Origin: Octopus vulgaris
Lineage: Eukaryota
Length of the DNA: 64,000 bases
Direction of reading: 5' to 3'
Assembly (NCBI GenBank): GCA_951406725.2
Contig: OX597816.1
Location: forward strand, 169,880,001-169,944,000
Position 1 is the stretch's first letter, and each line of letters opens with the position of its first letter. Of the stretch, positions 13,700 through 29,317 are shown piece by piece. The translations under genes were made by a program, and so were the position numbers. A model generated the notes under the pieces. The model searched no databases. It was not told the origin of the DNA and saw nothing but the letters and a program-made list of their open reading frames with translations.

Positions 13700-14880
13700 C
13701 AGCTAAGAAGCATGAAATGGACAAAAACCATTTTCTGTCTTCAAGGAAGTCAAAACTTTTAAAACAGAATGCAATAACAAATGGTTGTAGAGAAAATACA
13801 GAAAAAAAACAGAAATCAGGAAAGAGCTAAAAACTGAACAGAAAATGGGTTTACAGAATGCCATGATAAAATACTGCTAAGAAAAGCCTCTACGTATCCA
13901 AGTGAAACAGATCAACCATACTAGATGAGAAGCGCTGAACTCAAAGCAGGGACAGAATGCATCTTGATTGCGGCATAGGGCTTAATCAGGAACCACGAAA
14001 AGCATGTAATGAAGCTGAATATGGTAAATAGCTGCATAAAATGTAGAGACGGATGAGAAACAATTAACAAGAACATCTCGGGCTACACAGATATAATGTG
14101 GATAAATACATCCATAGACAAGATAAGTGAACTATATCTTATCTCGGTGTGCACACAACGTTTGACGTTTTGCTTTGCCGCGTTGTTTTAATATGATCAA
14201 GACCTGCATATCCAAGCAGTTGCAACTCGACCACATGTTACTTTTCTCAAATTCAGCACCCACTCTTTGACTACACTCTGTCCAACAGAAACGCCGATAC
14301 ATATTGAAACAAGAATGTAGCAAAACTGTTGTACATACACTTAACCATTAAATTTCGGCAACTTCAAGAAAAATCCCTGTAGTTCTGATACCGATTCTTC
14401 TGTTAGAAAATGGCTGATGATATGAATATACTGCTGAACTACAGCGTACAAATAGCCTATCAGATAAAACTTAATGACTACGACGTAATTCTCTTGGTGA
14501 AAATTGACAGCAAACAAAATTGCAACTCAGCAATACCAAATGATAACAATGTTGCACAGACACAAGCTGATATGCATCGGGATTATTCCCTCGTTTCTGT
14601 TTGATTAAAAATATTATGGCAATCAAAAATACATCTATCATTGCAGTAACGGACATCATTGTAAAGTGGCTAATAAAGGTGATACAAGGAGTTTTCAGAA
14701 ATAAGCAATGCTCGGATCAGGAAGTATTTTAAAAGCATTTCCCTTCAGGATTTGTAAACATTCTTGTCAACTATGGACATTTTTACCTTCATTTCAAGCA
14801 ATTATAAAAAATTTTCAAAGATGTTACTAATTCTGATGCTCCTAAAATATTAATAAGTTTCTGAAACCTTAAACAACAAA
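13700..14880 (+). mobile_element. Highly decayed 3' half of a Dong/R4-like LINE
   Basis: Pieces RSAELKAGTECILIAA and RNHEKHVMKLNMVNSCIKCRDG.ETIN resemble the zinc-knuckle region of RLE LINEs. Confidence 0.55.
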
Positions 14881-15183
14881 AACAGCATCAGTAAAAACTA
14901 TAGTGATTCTTTCTCATTTAGGCACAAGGCCCTACACCAGTACTTCACTGATACGTTGCTTTAGGAACTTCGAAAAATATGAGCGGCAAAGTCGTTCCTC
15001 TGTGGGAACGTAAAAAGTCGGAAGAAATGCGACTTGGCATTTTGTCCGAAGTGATAGCGATTCTTTCAGCTCGCCGCCTTATCGTCAATAGCAGCAGTAG
15101 CAGTAGCCACAACAACAACAGCAAGGACAACAATAACAGCGGCAGTAGCAGCAGCAACAACAAAAACAATAACAATATAAATG

Positions 15184-15250
<67 letters not shown>

Positions 15251-15270
15251 TCAAAACAACAACAATAATT

Positions 15271-15305
<35 letters not shown>

Positions 15306-15322
15306 AATGATAATAATAATAA

Positions 15323-15562
15323 TAGGTTGTCCTCAATGAGGAGAGTAGACGTGATACTAATAGTAATTGGCGCACTTGGAAGTATCAGCACTCATCTACC
15401 AATATGGCTGAAAAAGACTGATACAAAAATTAGTATTGCGTGACACGGCAACAGTTCGTCTGCAAGGGTTCTAAATGCATGACCAGTAGACAAGTGTCAC
15501 CTTAGTCTACTGGCTGTGGACAACTGACACATTCCATCATACCCAGCAAAATAAGCTGTTTT
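15323..15562 (+). mobile_element. 3' tip of a Dong/R4-like LINE
   Basis: VDVILIVIGALGSI C-terminal motif, embedded in AAT/TAC tracts. Confidence 0.6.
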
Positions 15563-15569
15563 TCATCAC

Positions 15570-15605
<36 letters not shown>

Positions 15606-15616
15606 ATGATAATAAT

Positions 15617-16420
15617 AGTCAGACATGGCTACAGCCGCAGAAAGGAAAGCTGAAGTGGAAGACAGAAAGTTTGTAAGTAGCTCCACAAGATCAAGCATTG
15701 AGGACTAATTGGATAAAAGCCGAAAGAGACAAAAACCAAGTGGATTCCCAGTGTAGATTGTGCAAATCAAATGAGGAAAGAGCTATTCCTATAGTAAGTG
15801 AACGTACCATGCTGTTCCAGAAGGAATACCAGAAAAGACACATGACAATCTAGGGAGAGCAATCCACAAGGAGCTTTGTAGAAAGCTAGGATTTAAACAT
15901 ACCGATAAATGGTAGGAACATGAATCTAGTAAAGTAATATAAAGTAAGAAATACACGACGTTGTGGGACTTTAACATTCAGACTGACAGAGTAATAGAAG
16001 CTAGAAGGTCTGATTTGGTAGTAGTAGATAAAGAGAATAGAAAGTGCCAGATATATAACTTCACTGCCCCAAATGATGAAGAAATTAATATGAGAAGTAT
16101 AGAAAAAATAGGAAAGAACCAGGACTTAGCTATTGATAAACAGAGACTATAGAAAGTGCGGGTAAAATGTAACCCAGTAGCTATAAGTGCATTGGGAAAT
16201 ATCCCTTAAGATCAGAACAGACGGATAGAGGGAATAGGTATGAAAACCAGTTTAGCACAGCTACAGAAAACAGTGTTATCAGGGAGGATACTTAGGAAGG
16301 TTCATGGCACCTAAGGTTATTTGCTGTAACCCAATAGGAGAGTTCTTCACATCTAAGGCTATTTGCTGTAGCTCGATATTAGGATTCTTTTCTTTTTCCA
16401 GCAGTCTAATCTGTTGAGTG
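15617..16420 (+). mobile_element. 5'-truncated Dong/R4-like LINE (3' ~800 bp)
   Basis: CRLC knuckle, RHDN, WDFNIQTDRVIEARRSD endonuclease motif; homologous to 20055-20864; ends in (AAT)n. Confidence 0.88.
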
Positions 16421-16493
16421 TATAATAATGATGATGATAATAACAATAATAATAATAATGATAATAATAATAATGATGATAATAATAATAATG

Positions 16494-16577
<84 letters not shown>

Positions 16578-17012
16578 GAACCCATAAAAAAACAAGCAAG
16601 AGAACGGCGGACGGATAATCATAAATACTATAAAATAGTTTATTTAGGAGTTACACACACGCACACTACTATGGAACGACCCACCAAAATCAGAAAAGAA
16701 TAAACTCATACTGTAAATACCCAAGAAAATAAACAAGATCCACAACATGTGCCATACAAGGCCGATACCTGACAAAAGAACACAACCTGCGCTACACAAA
16801 CTACATACAAGATAATATCTAATACAACTGAAGACTCAAATAAAACCGCATAATAAAACGTACTAACGCAATACAATATACTTCCCACCAAATCAAAATG
16901 CAGCACACATCATCCTACCAGCAATAAATGATGCAATAGAAAGTTGCTTGAAACTTTCAGATGCTGAGAAATAATAGTGTTGATGACGATGGTGACGAAC
17001 GTTACCCTATCT

Positions 17013-20000
17013 CAGTTTATGAAAGACAGGAGTTTCCGAAAAGACTCTGGTTGTAACAGCAAAAATGAAGCTGGACCTTTAAGGGAAGGCGGTGAGCTGG
17101 CAGAAACGCTAGCACGCCGATAGCTTATTAAAGGTGCAGACTGATCACAGCAGTTATCCCAATACAGCATCAGCAGATAATAGAGCAAGGAGGTGGCAGT
17201 GGACCAGCGACGACAACAGGATAGTGATACAGTGGTACTTAGAAAGTGAACGTAAAAGAAGGGGCTATAGAAATCGGATGTTAACACTTTGGGTAGAGAA
17301 GGGTATGTTGAAAGTAACTGAGCAGAGGTTTGTTGATCAAGGTAATGCTATTAGGAGAAGAAAGTGGATGACAGAATTGGAGGAAGAAGAGATCAGAAGA
17401 GAACTGGAAATGAAGAGCAGGCAGTGAGAAAGACAAACAACAATATAAGAGATACATCTCAAACCAACGAAAAACCTAAACAACAAAATAATAGTAGTGC
17501 TACCAATAAGGAAGGGACAACTAGCACCAACAACTTAAGTGATTTAAGTGAGGAAGATCAGAAGATTTTAGATTATTTGTAGGAAGTAATGAGTAAAGAA
17601 GTAAGAAAAAGACATCAACAGAAGGAAGCTATAAGAAATTACTAGAACAGTAGATTCAGTTATCAGGAGGATAGATACTAAAAATATAGAAGACACTAAA
17701 GTATTGAGCTATGCAGGAAGGGTTGTAGTCACCAGAAGATTAGATACCTCACAGGGAAAGATTAAAAAAGAGCAAATGTGGAAAAGGAGACACCAAAATA
17801 AAGTGAAGCATTGAAGACAAGATTTGAGTAGAATAGAAAGCTGGAAACTGAAAAAGATAGGAAACAAAATTCAAATCTTCCCTCGAGAAAAGATATTTAG
17901 TCAAAGAGAAAGGATTTGGGTAGAGTAATAGATGAGTTGAAACAACGTATCATAGCAGTGACAGGCAAGCTCTCCAGATATCAGAAAAGAATAGATCAGT
18001 ATTAACGGAATAGATTATTTGAGACAGATCAGTGGAGATTTTAGCACCAAATTTATAGTGGAGAACGAAGTACTGAAGATGAGAAACCTAATGCAGAAGA
18101 AGCTAAAAAGTTCTGGAGTAATATTTAATGAAATATGGTTAAAGAATGTGAGGGAAGAAGGAGTGAGTGAGAAGCCGCCAGATCTAAGATCAACTAGTGC
18201 ATTGATAAGTAAAGGGTTACGAAAAATGCCGAATTGTAAGGGCCTAACACCAGATTTAGTTCAAGGGTACTGGTTAAAGAAATTCAGTAGTTTACATGGG
18301 AGGCTGCGGGAACAACTCCATGATTGCCTTAATGGAAGAATAATACTAGATTGGATGACTAGAGGGAGGTTAATACTCATTATGAAGGATAAGAGGACGG
18401 GTAGTATTGCTAGCAACTATAGACCAATTACTTGCTTAACATTAGTGTGCAGAGCTGTTAACAGGAATACTACCAGAAATCATTTACAAGCACCTTGACA
18501 ACCAGAATTTACTAAAAGAAGAATAGAAAGGTATCAGGAAGAAGACTAGAGGAACGTATGATCCATTATATATAGGCAGAGCAGTTCTAAATGAAGTAAA
18601 GGCTAGAAAGAAAAATATACCAATATCATGGATAGATTATAGAAAAGCCTATGACATGATACCACACTCATGGATAAGTGAATATTTGAACATGATCAGT
18701 ATTGCAGACAACATAAGAGAATTAATTAGCTTTAACTTGAAGAAATGGTAAGTAGAACTATACTCAGGTGACACAGCCTTACAGAAAGTTAATATCAAAA
18801 TTGGAATTTTCCAGGGGATCCTCGTTGTCCTCTTTAATATTTGTTCTATGTTTATGACACAAAGTTTAATATTAAGGAGGGCAAAGGCGAGGTATCAGTT
18901 CAGAAATAGTAATGGAAAAAATTAATCATTTGCTCTATATGGATGATTTGAAACTTTTAGTAAGAATGAAATAGAGATAAATTCCTTAATACAGGCTGTA
19001 AGACACTTCATTGTGGATGCGCAATGGTCCAGTGGTTAGGGCAGACGACTCGCGGTCATAGGATCGCGATTTCGATTCCCAGACCGCGCGTTGTAAGTGT
19101 TTATTGAGCGAAAACACCTAAAGCTCCACGAGGCTCCGGCAGGGGATGGTGGTGATCCCTGCTGTACTCTTTCACCACAACTTTCTCTCAATCTTACTTC
19201 CTGTTTCTGTTGTACCTGTATTTCAAAGGGCCGGCCTTGTCACTCTCTGTGTCACGCTGAATATCCCCGAGAACTACGTTAAGGGTACACGTGTCTGTGG
19301 AGTGCTCAGCCACTTACACGTTAATTTCACGAGCAGGCTGTTCCGTTGATTCGGATCAACCGGAACCCTCGTCGTCGTAACCGACGGAGTGCTTCCAAGA
19401 CACTTCATCAAAGATATAGTCATGGAATTTGGCGTAGATAAATGTGCAATATTAGGTTAAGGTAGTCAACAGCGAAGGCGTTCTAATTACCAGGCAGCGA
19501 GACATTAAAATCATTGAAAGGAAGAGAAAGTTATAAGTATCTAGGAGTAATAGAATCTGACAGAGTACTAACTATAGAAACGAAAATGAAAATTAAGTAG
19601 TTCATCGAAAGTATGAGGAAGCTAATGAAGTCAAAGCTAAATGGTTCGAATCTAGTGAAGGCTGTGAATACTTGGACAGTATCATTACTTAGATACTGAG
19701 CAGTTTTTGTAGGTTGGACAAAAACTGAATTAGCAAAACCTGACAAAAATAAAACTAGGAAATAATCCAATATGAATGGAGGACTCCACAGAAGGGCAGG
19801 AATAGCAAGACTATACGTACCCAGAAAGGAAGTTGGAAGAGGGTTAATATCAGTAGAAGACTTCGTCGAGTTAGCTAGAGTAGATATAGACTCCTATATA
19901 GGTAATAGTGAAGAAAGTTTATTAAAAGCTGCTAGAGTCACAGCAAGACATAGGGAAACCAAACGAAGTTTGAAACTCGAAAAAGAACAGAAATGATTTA

Positions 20001-20864
20001 ACTGGCAGGAGAATGCGCTGGTAGATGCTCAAAGATAGTTTCAGTAACTAGTAGTAGGGAGACATGGTTATGGCGCCAGAAAGGAAAGCTGAAGAGGGTG
20101 GCAGAAAGTTTATTAGTAGCTACATAAGATCAAGCATTAAGGACTAATTGGATAAAAGCAAAGATAATCAAAACCAAGTAGATTCCCAGGGTAGATTATG
20201 CAGAGCAAAAGAGGAAAGCGTTACTCATATAGTAAGTGAATGTAGCATGCCGGCACAGAAAGAATACAAGAAAAGACATGACAACCTAAGGGGAGCAATC
20301 CATTGGGAATTATGTAGAAAGCTAGGATTTGAACATACTGATAAATGGTATGAACATGAACCCAGTAAAATTCTAAGAAGTAAGAAATACAAAACCTTGT
20401 AGGATTTTAACATTCAAACTGACAGAGTAATAGAAGCTAGAACGCCTGATTTTGCAGTAGTAGATAAAGAGAATAGAAAGTGCCAGATATCTGACTTCAC
20501 TGTCCCAAATGATGAAGAAATTAATATGAGAAATATAGAAAACAATAGCAAAGTACCAGCATATAGCTATTGATAAACAGAGACTGTGGAAAGTGCGGAT
20601 AAAATGTATTCCACTAGTTATAGGTACATTGGGAACTATCCCTATAAATCTGAACAGATGGATAGAAGAAATAGGAATAAAACCCAGTTTAGTACAGCTG
20701 CAGAAAACAGTGTTATTAGGGACAGCTAGGATACTTAGGAGGATTCTTGGTATCTTAGGTTAATTGCTGTAACCAGATAGGAGAGTCCTTGACATATTAG
20801 GCAACTTGTAGCCCGAGTTTAGGATTCTTTTTCTCTTCCAACAGTGTAATCTATTGAGTGTATA
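17013..20864 (+). mobile_element. Near full-length decayed Dong/R4-like RLE LINE
   Basis: N-terminal GYRNRML..W...TEQRFVDQ; RT motifs [39 protein letters not shown]; RLYVPRKEVGRGL; zinc knuckle; DFNIQTD...PD endonuclease. Many stops and frameshifts; ends in (AAT)n. Confidence 0.92.
19012..19396 (+). mobile_element. tRNA-derived SINE family B inserted in the LINE
   Basis: 12-bp TSD aagacacttcat at 19000-19011 and 19397-19408. Confidence 0.95.
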
Positions 20865-20941
<77 letters not shown>

Positions 20942-20974
20942 AATGATAATAATAATAAGAAGAAGAAGAGGAAA

Positions 20975-21359
20975 AAAGAAAAAAAATGCTTTCTAATTGA
21001 TGTATCAATACCGGCAGATGGCAACGTGTCTCTAAAAGAAATGGAGAAACTTTCAAAATACAAAGACCTGGAAATAGAGGTAACCAGAGTGTGGAATCTG
21101 AAAACAGAAACAATTCCTATCATAGTAGGTGCATTAGGCATGATAAAAAAATATTCAGACAAATACATAACAAAAACACCAGGACTTACAAACACATATA
21201 ACATACAGAAAATTGCACTACTAGGCACTGCACACATCCTACGCAGAACACTTTTAGTATAATAACCATCAGAGCATCACAACAAATCACAGCACATACC
21301 CAAGGCACACAGAGCTGCGCTCGGTAGTGAAGTGAAAGCACACTATAAAAATAAAACTA

Positions 21360-21362
<3 letters not shown>
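20975..21362 (+). mobile_element. 3' fragment of a second Dong/R4-like family
   Basis: CFLIDVSIPAD...EKLSKYKDLEIE...IPIIVGALG...QKIALLGTAHILRR; flanked by (AAT)n; same family at 36480-36785 (-). Confidence 0.88.
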
Positions 21363-21427
<65 letters not shown>

Positions 21428-21731
21428 TAACAACAACAAGAATAATAATGATAGCAACCGCAACAACATCAACAACAGCAATAATAATAATTATTGTTAT
21501 TTCAAATTGTTGCCACAAGGGGAGGTTTGAGTCGATTACATGGATCCTAGTATTCAGCTGGTACTTGTTTCATAAACCCACAAGAAGATGAAAGGCAAAT
21601 TCAACCGCGTCGGAATTTGAACGGAAATCGTAAAGACGGATAAATATCTCTAAACGTTTTGCCTGGCGTGCTAACGATTCTGCCAGCTCGCCGCCTTGAT
21701 AATGAAGATGATGATGATGATGATGATGATG

Positions 21732-21810
<79 letters not shown>

Positions 21811-22249
21811 TAAAGATAATAATAATAAGAAGAAGAAGAAAAAGAAGAATCATAGCAACAACAGTAACAACAACAGCAACAACAACAACAACAATAATAA
21901 TAATAATAATAGAAGCAAAATAAAGAAGAGTGCCATTGTTATCAATTGAACGATATTTCGGCATTTAGCTTGCCTTCCACAGGTTCAAAAAATAAACTTC
22001 TCAATCTATTTCACTTTTGGTAATATTTTATAGAATTGAGGTAACTCCACCCGTAGGTATACAGAAGCAAAAAAAAAAAAAAAAAGAAGGGTTCCATTGT
22101 TATCAAGTGAACGATATTTTGGCATCTGTATACATACTGGAGGAGTTACCTCAATCCTATAAAATATTACCAAAAATGAAGTGGATTGACAAGTTTATTT
22201 TTTAACCTTTGGAAGGCAAGCTAAATGCCGAAATATCGCTTAAACTACA

Positions 22250-22913
22250 CAAAATACTGAATAGACAACACATCAGTTGTAACTGTAGAATCTGTAGACA
22301 AAATAGTGAAACCGTATGGCATAATACCAGCCAATGTAGGCCACTAGCCCAGGAGGAATATAAAATACGACACGACAATATAGCCAGGCTTGTCCATTGG
22401 ACGCTTTGCAACAAGTATGGTCTTGACAGAGAAAAAAATTGGTACGACCAAAAACACGAAGGCATCATCGAAAATGATAATGCAAAGATCCAGTGGGATT
22501 TTATGATTCAGTGCGACCATGAGATAGAAAATAAGAAGCCAGACATAGTCTTAATTGAGAAAGAAAGTAAACCATGCTGCAGTGCTGGATTATAGATATA
22601 GCATGACCAGCTGACAACAAGGTATGTGATAAGGAAGAAAGAAATGTCCACGGGTATGACACGTTAGCTTGGGAGGTAAAGCAGTTGTCGATGAAAAAGG
22701 TGGTAGTGGTACCAATAATTGTCTGAAAATCTAGAGAAGCACACGGAACAAATAGGGGCTGCAATAAGAGTGGAGCACTTGCAGAAAACAGCACTGCTTG
22801 GAACCGCTCGAATACTCCGGAAGGTGCTGGAAAAATTAGGTGTTAACTTAGTTCACTGGTAGTGATCAGCTGACACCGTAGTACATCTCCAGCGTTAGAA
22901 GCTGTGCAAAGGC
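22250..22913 (+). mobile_element. 3' fragment of a third Dong/R4-like family
   Basis: CRICRQNSETVWH...RHDNIARLVHW...WDFMIQCD...KPDIV; ends in (GAT)n(AAT)n. Confidence 0.88.
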
Positions 22914-22914
22914 A

Positions 22915-23017
<103 letters not shown>

Positions 23018-23042
23018 TATTAATGATAATAATAATAATAAA

Positions 23043-23569
23043 TGCTCTGGTTAAGTACCAGACAGTGGCTCTCATGGCATTTGATCTAAACTGAATGGAC
23101 GTGTTATGTACATTGTTTTGTCTTGGTATAAAAGATGGGCTACAGCAAATATTATGCTCAATACCACAGATTTGACCTTAACCAGTTGAGCATGTCCCTT
23201 AGTGGCTGACGATATGTGCATATCTGATCATGAGCAGAAGTAGTGGGGGAGCATCAATGTGTAGAGAGGAATTATTTGGGGTTTCGATGATTCGCCTTTG
23301 GAAACATGTGTGTTTCGTTCAACATCCTTAAACAACCCTTATTCAGAGACCTTTTGAGTGGCATGGGCTACTCAACCCGAAAACAATTCTACCTGGGCCC
23401 CACCTGCAAGGTCATGCGCTGTTTATTTTATAGGAGATCATCATGTTGCGCACATATGATTGTGATGCATATGCCTGGTGTACCCTTATCAGACGGGTAG
23501 TCATCTTGGGTATACTGGGTTTCGTATATTTTACCCCAGTGTCACTTTGATGGCATGCACTGCTCTTTC

Positions 23570-23570
<1 letters not shown>
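23043..23570 (+). mobile_element. ~530-bp non-coding interspersed element embedded in (AAT)n
   Basis: Four copies in the window (here, 26862-27418, 32490-33054, 49560-50037). No tRNA head and no ORF. Strand given as the AAT-reading strand. Confidence 0.85.
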
Positions 23571-23627
<57 letters not shown>

Positions 23628-23963
23628 GATGATGATAATTATAACATAAATAATAACAATCGTATTATAATTCTGCTTGCTCCTTCCTTAGTTACTTATT
23701 TCCTCTGTACATTACGCTCTTCATATAATATATAGAGAGACGTGTGTTCTACTTGAGAGAGAAAGAATCAGAGTGAGAGTGAGAAGGAGAAAGAGAGAGT
23801 GATGATAGAAAGTGAGTGCGTGTGTCTGTGAGACGGAAGACAAGTAGATAGATGAATACATCATCACATAGTAAAATCAAAGAAAAATAACCACAGTAAA
23901 TTTTCGATGTTACTTTTGCTTTTCGATACAGAGGATGAACAGAGAGGTAGTGGGAGAGAAAGA

Positions 23964-24010
<47 letters not shown>

Positions 24011-24046
24011 GTATATATATATACATATATATATATACATACATAC

Positions 24047-24120
<74 letters not shown>

Positions 24121-24659
24121 TTATTTATATATACATATCTATACATACATATATAGATATGTGTAAACTGTAAATCGGGTATGGGGTTTTTATCTATATA
24201 TCTAATGAAATGAATTTTGAAAGTGAAACCAAATGTTATTCAAGCGTAATCTGCTTCGGACAAATCTATCTAATAAAATAAATAAATAAATCAAATTTTG
24301 AAATTGAAATAAAATGTTACTCAAAATGTGGAGTGGACTTTTTTTTTATCGAGGGTGCGAATCCAGAAACAACGTGCGATTGTCATGGTAAAATGCTGTT
24401 AATACCTTGCTGTTTGTTGATGGGATAAAAATTCCTCAATTTTTCAAACTATAATTCCAAATAATATCAGTTTCTTAATTTACGAGATAACATAATTATT
24501 TGAGAATAATCAAAATTCAGAATTGCATCGATACACGAAAATTGAAAACAATTTGAGCAAAATTAAAGCTGGCTGATTTTGTGAGTGAAACAGAAGACCC
24601 GAATTGCATAAAACAGTCCATTTCTATCAATTTTTTCTTCATGTTTTGTTTACATATCA

Positions 24660-25084
24660 TAGGCGCAGGAGTGGCTGTGTGGTAAGTAGCTTGCTAACCA
24701 ACCACATGGTTCCGGGTTCAATCCCACTGCGTGGCATCTTGGGCAAGTGTCTTCTGCTATAGCCCCTAGGCCGACCAATGCCTTGTGAGTGGATTTGGTA
24801 GACGGAAACTGAATGAAGCCTGTCGTATATATGTATATATATATGTATGTGTGTGTATATGTTTGTGTGTCTGTGTTTATCCCCTCCAACATCGCTTGAC
24901 AACCGATGCTGGTGTGTTTACGTCCCCGTCACATAGCGGTTCGGCAAAAGAGACCGATAGAATAAGTACTGGGCTTACAAAGAATAAGTCCCGGGGTCGA
25001 TTTGCTCGACTAAAGGCGGTGCTCCAGCATGGCCGCAGTCAAATGACTGAAACAAGTGAAAGAGTAAAAAGAGTAAAAGAGAGT
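24660..25084 (+). mobile_element. SINE family A
   Basis: Full-length match to 3054-3460. Confidence 0.94.
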
Positions 25085-25494
25085 ATTTCTTTTGCGCATA
25101 TAAACTGCATTCAGGTAACAAAAACTGGAAGTTGCTCGCGCGAGAATGGGGCCCTACAGGCAGAGGATAAGGGAAGAGGAGAGGCAAGAAATCCTCGAGA
25201 GAGAGAGAGGGACAGGCAATGACAGCAGCTGAGACGAGCGCCAATGAAGGGTGAACAACGCGAGGAACACATGCAGCAAGATAGGAGTAGACAACAAATA
25301 AGACGAGAAAATATGAATGAGGAACAGCTTGCCCAGTACCACTGGCAGCAGAGAAGCTTATTTCAGCGAAAAGTAGAGAACAAGAATCAACACGACAGGG
25401 TTATTTATCAGCAAATCCGAAGTGGAAGATATCGATAAAAAGTTCAAAATATGAATGCTGGTGAAATTGAAAATTTAAGGTGGCATTAGATGCA

Positions 25495-26150
25495 GCGGCA
25501 GCGTGTGAGAAGACAGGCCAGTGCTGAACAAAGCTATTGTAGTTATAGGTGCATTTGGAAATATCCCTAAAGATTTGAACAGCTGTATAAAGGTAACAGG
25601 CATAAAACAAAGTTTAGCACATCTGTAGAAACAGTGTTATTGTTGTTTGTTCCTTCTCGAGCCATGCCTGGCTCATAAGGGCCTGTTTCCCGGTTTCTTG
25701 GCGTATAGGTTCCCCACCTGGACGGGAAGCCGGTCCATCGCAGGTGAGCTGCAAGATGCAGGAGGAAAGAGTGAGAGAAAGTTGTGGCGAAAGAGTCAGC
25801 AGAAGTTTCACCATTACCTTCTGCCGGAGCCGCGTGGAGCTTAGGTGTTTCGCTCATAAACACATACATCGTCCGGTCTGAGATTCGAACCCACGATCCC
25901 TCGACCGCGAGTCCGCTGCTCTAACCTCTAGGCCATGTGCCTCCACACACAGTGTTATTAGGGACAGCTAAGGTACTTAGGAGGGTTCGTGGCATTTAAG
26001 GGCACTTGTTGTAACCCGATAGGAGGCTTTTTGGCATCTAAGGCTACTTGTAACACAATAGGAGGTTTCTTTGCATCTAAGGCTACTTGAGGTCCATTGT
26101 TAGGATTCTTTTCTTTTCCAACTTTCTAATCTGTTGAGAGGATATGAAAA
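25495..26150 (+). mobile_element. 3' tip of the 17013-20864 Dong/R4-like family, split by a SINE
   Basis: Matches 20590-20864; ends in (AAT)n. Confidence 0.8.
25642..25948 (-). mobile_element. SINE family C
   Basis: 11-bp TSD acagtgttatt at 25631-25641 and 25949-25959; head like family B, different tail. Confidence 0.93.
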
Positions 26151-26169
26151 TAATAATAATAATAATGAT

Positions 26170-26328
26170 ATATACGTTTTAGGAATGTAAGATTTGTACA
26201 GAGGAGGAGATACATAGTCTTAAACTAAATCTATATCTTAAGAAAAACTAATTTACTGTTTGAAGTGGCCTGTGAGAGTGATTTCGGCCGAGTGCTTTCA
26301 CGATGTCAACAAGTAATCTTCTGAAAGG

Positions 26329-26399
<71 letters not shown>

Positions 26400-26720
26400 T
26401 AAGAGAGAGAGATACAGAGAGAACAAGAGAGTGGTGGTATAGAAGAAGAGAGACAGAGGGTGCGGGACTGAGGGATACATTGCGTTTTTATAAATAGGTT
26501 CAGCATGGTAACAATCTGGGTGTGGTAAAGAGCTGCTTTCTACATGAATGTGTATAAATAAAGTATACGTTTTAAGAATGTAAGGTTTGTACAGAAGAGA
26601 AGGGGCACAGATTTAAACTGAATCTAACGGAGAACTCGTTTACTGTTTGAAGTAGCCTGTGACTGTGATTTCCGTCGAGGGGTTTTACGATGTCGACCAG
26701 TAATCTGTGCGGAAAGAGAC
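26170..26720. repeat. ~150-bp diverged direct repeat (26170-26322 / 26564-26710) around a (GA)n tract
   Basis: atacgtttta.gaatgtaag...tttactgtttgaagt.gcctgtga occurs twice. Confidence 0.8.
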
Positions 26721-26781
26721 ATTGTGAGACCTCTGACAGCAGGCTGGTGTCCACTCACACAGAATCTACCAGAGCAAACAT

Positions 26782-26858
<77 letters not shown>

Positions 26859-26861
26859 TAT

Positions 26862-27521
<660 letters not shown>

Positions 27522-27849
27522 CATCATTTCTACTATAGGCACAAGGCCTGAAATTCGTGGGGAGGGGACTATTCGATTACATCGACGCCACTATTTTACT
27601 GGTATTTAATTTATCGACCCCGAAAGGAAGAAAGGCAAAGTCGACCACGGTGGTATTTGGATTCAGAATCTAAAGACGGACGCAATGCTGCTAAATTGTT
27701 TTCCTATCGTGCCAACGATCCTGCCATCTAGCTAAGTCAACTTCAGAATTTGAACTCAGAACGTAAAGACGGACGATATACTGCTAGGCATTTTATCCGG
27801 CATGGTAACAATTATCCCAGCTCACTGCCTTAACAATATCAACAATAAC

Positions 27850-28570
27850 AATTTCTTTATAAACCACAAAAGGTTTACATTAAAAAAAACATTGTGGACA
27901 GGATAGAATAAATAGAAAGTAGGGTTACATGAGAGTCGTGTAAACAATGAAAGACAATCGAATATACCAGCAAAATCCTCCAGAAGAGGTAGACCTCCTA
28001 GGACTGCTCTTGGAAACACTACAAATTCACTCACCTTTTAACAAAATTGTTAGGGGAAGAATTTCCCACTCCACCCTCACTTTCCTTTTCAAGGAAGGTG
28101 GCGGGTCTATCTTCACAATGGACTCAGCCGAAAGCCGGATTCATTCGACACACAACAGTAGGTGTTCGACATAAACCCACAAGTCAGAAATACCCGGGTA
28201 CTAAACGAGAGCGTGCAGAACAGTTTCATTGCTCTGCGCACATCTCGGGCAAACCCGGCTAACTGCACTTTTGAGTCTGTAGAGTTTACCCCAAACAGGC
28301 AGTTCCCCGCAGTAGCACTGCCAGGCCAAGGATTTCTGAAAATTAACCATAGGCCCCAGCCCGAAAGTTCTCCAGAACAACCCACCAAACTTATTCTCGT
28401 CGACACCCAAAGTCTGCCCTAGAACGTCACATTTACCACACCCTCTTTAAAACGCCTGAGTGAAACTTCCACCAACCGCATTGCCTGACTGTCAGAGGAG
28501 TGTGAACACCTGACGACACTCTGGGTGCCAGATGCCCGTCTCGGTCTACGTCTGATCCAGGACTGCAGCT
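27850..28570 (-). mobile_element. 3' end of an L1/Tx1-clade LINE (zinc-binding domain)
   Basis: KSLAWQCYCGELPVWGKLY...VCPRCAQSNETVLHALV fits the zf-RVT-type pattern CxxC...ET..H. Confidence 0.8.
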
Positions 28571-28867
28571 CACCCAAAGAGACGAAATTCAATAATAATC
28601 TTGTAGTATAATAAAACTTAAAGTGTGCCTGTCGGTCACACTATAGGGAGGGAGGAATAAAACAACAGATGCAGTGTTAGTGGCTGGCAGTGAGAAATGC
28701 TAATGCAGGCAACAATATTTAAAGGTTTTGGTAGGAAGATAACGAAGAAAGAAGAGTAAAACAACAAAGTGGGAGTGTGGGAAAGAGAATGATAAACTTC
28801 GAGTTTTTTTCGTAACTTGTATTTACTCTATCAGTTTCTTTCTTTTTCTCTCTCTCTGTCTCACACA

Positions 28868-29017
<150 letters not shown>

Positions 29018-29198
29018 TGTACAAAATTAAATATGAAGCACTTTTGTGTTTTCAAAATATTATCGTCCACGTAACTTATATATATAAACGTTTTGGAAGC
29101 AATAATGCACAGACACACACACACACACATACATACACTCATACTCGCATATATATGTACATGCGTAGGTGTATAGAAATATGTATGCGTATTTATAA

Positions 29199-29249
<51 letters not shown>

Positions 29250-29317
29250 TATACATATATGTATATATATATGTATATACATATATGCATGCATATATAT
29301 GCATACACATACACACA

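Noticed and set aside
19012-19085. tRNA-like sequences at SINE heads (also 52577, 61657, 63746)
   Set aside because: They continue into SINE bodies bounded by TSDs and lack a clean cloverleaf; not called as tRNA genes.
23043-23110. U2 snRNA or HDV-ribozyme resemblance at the start of the 530-bp element
   Set aside because: I could not fit the HDV double pseudoknot or an extended U2 match by eye.
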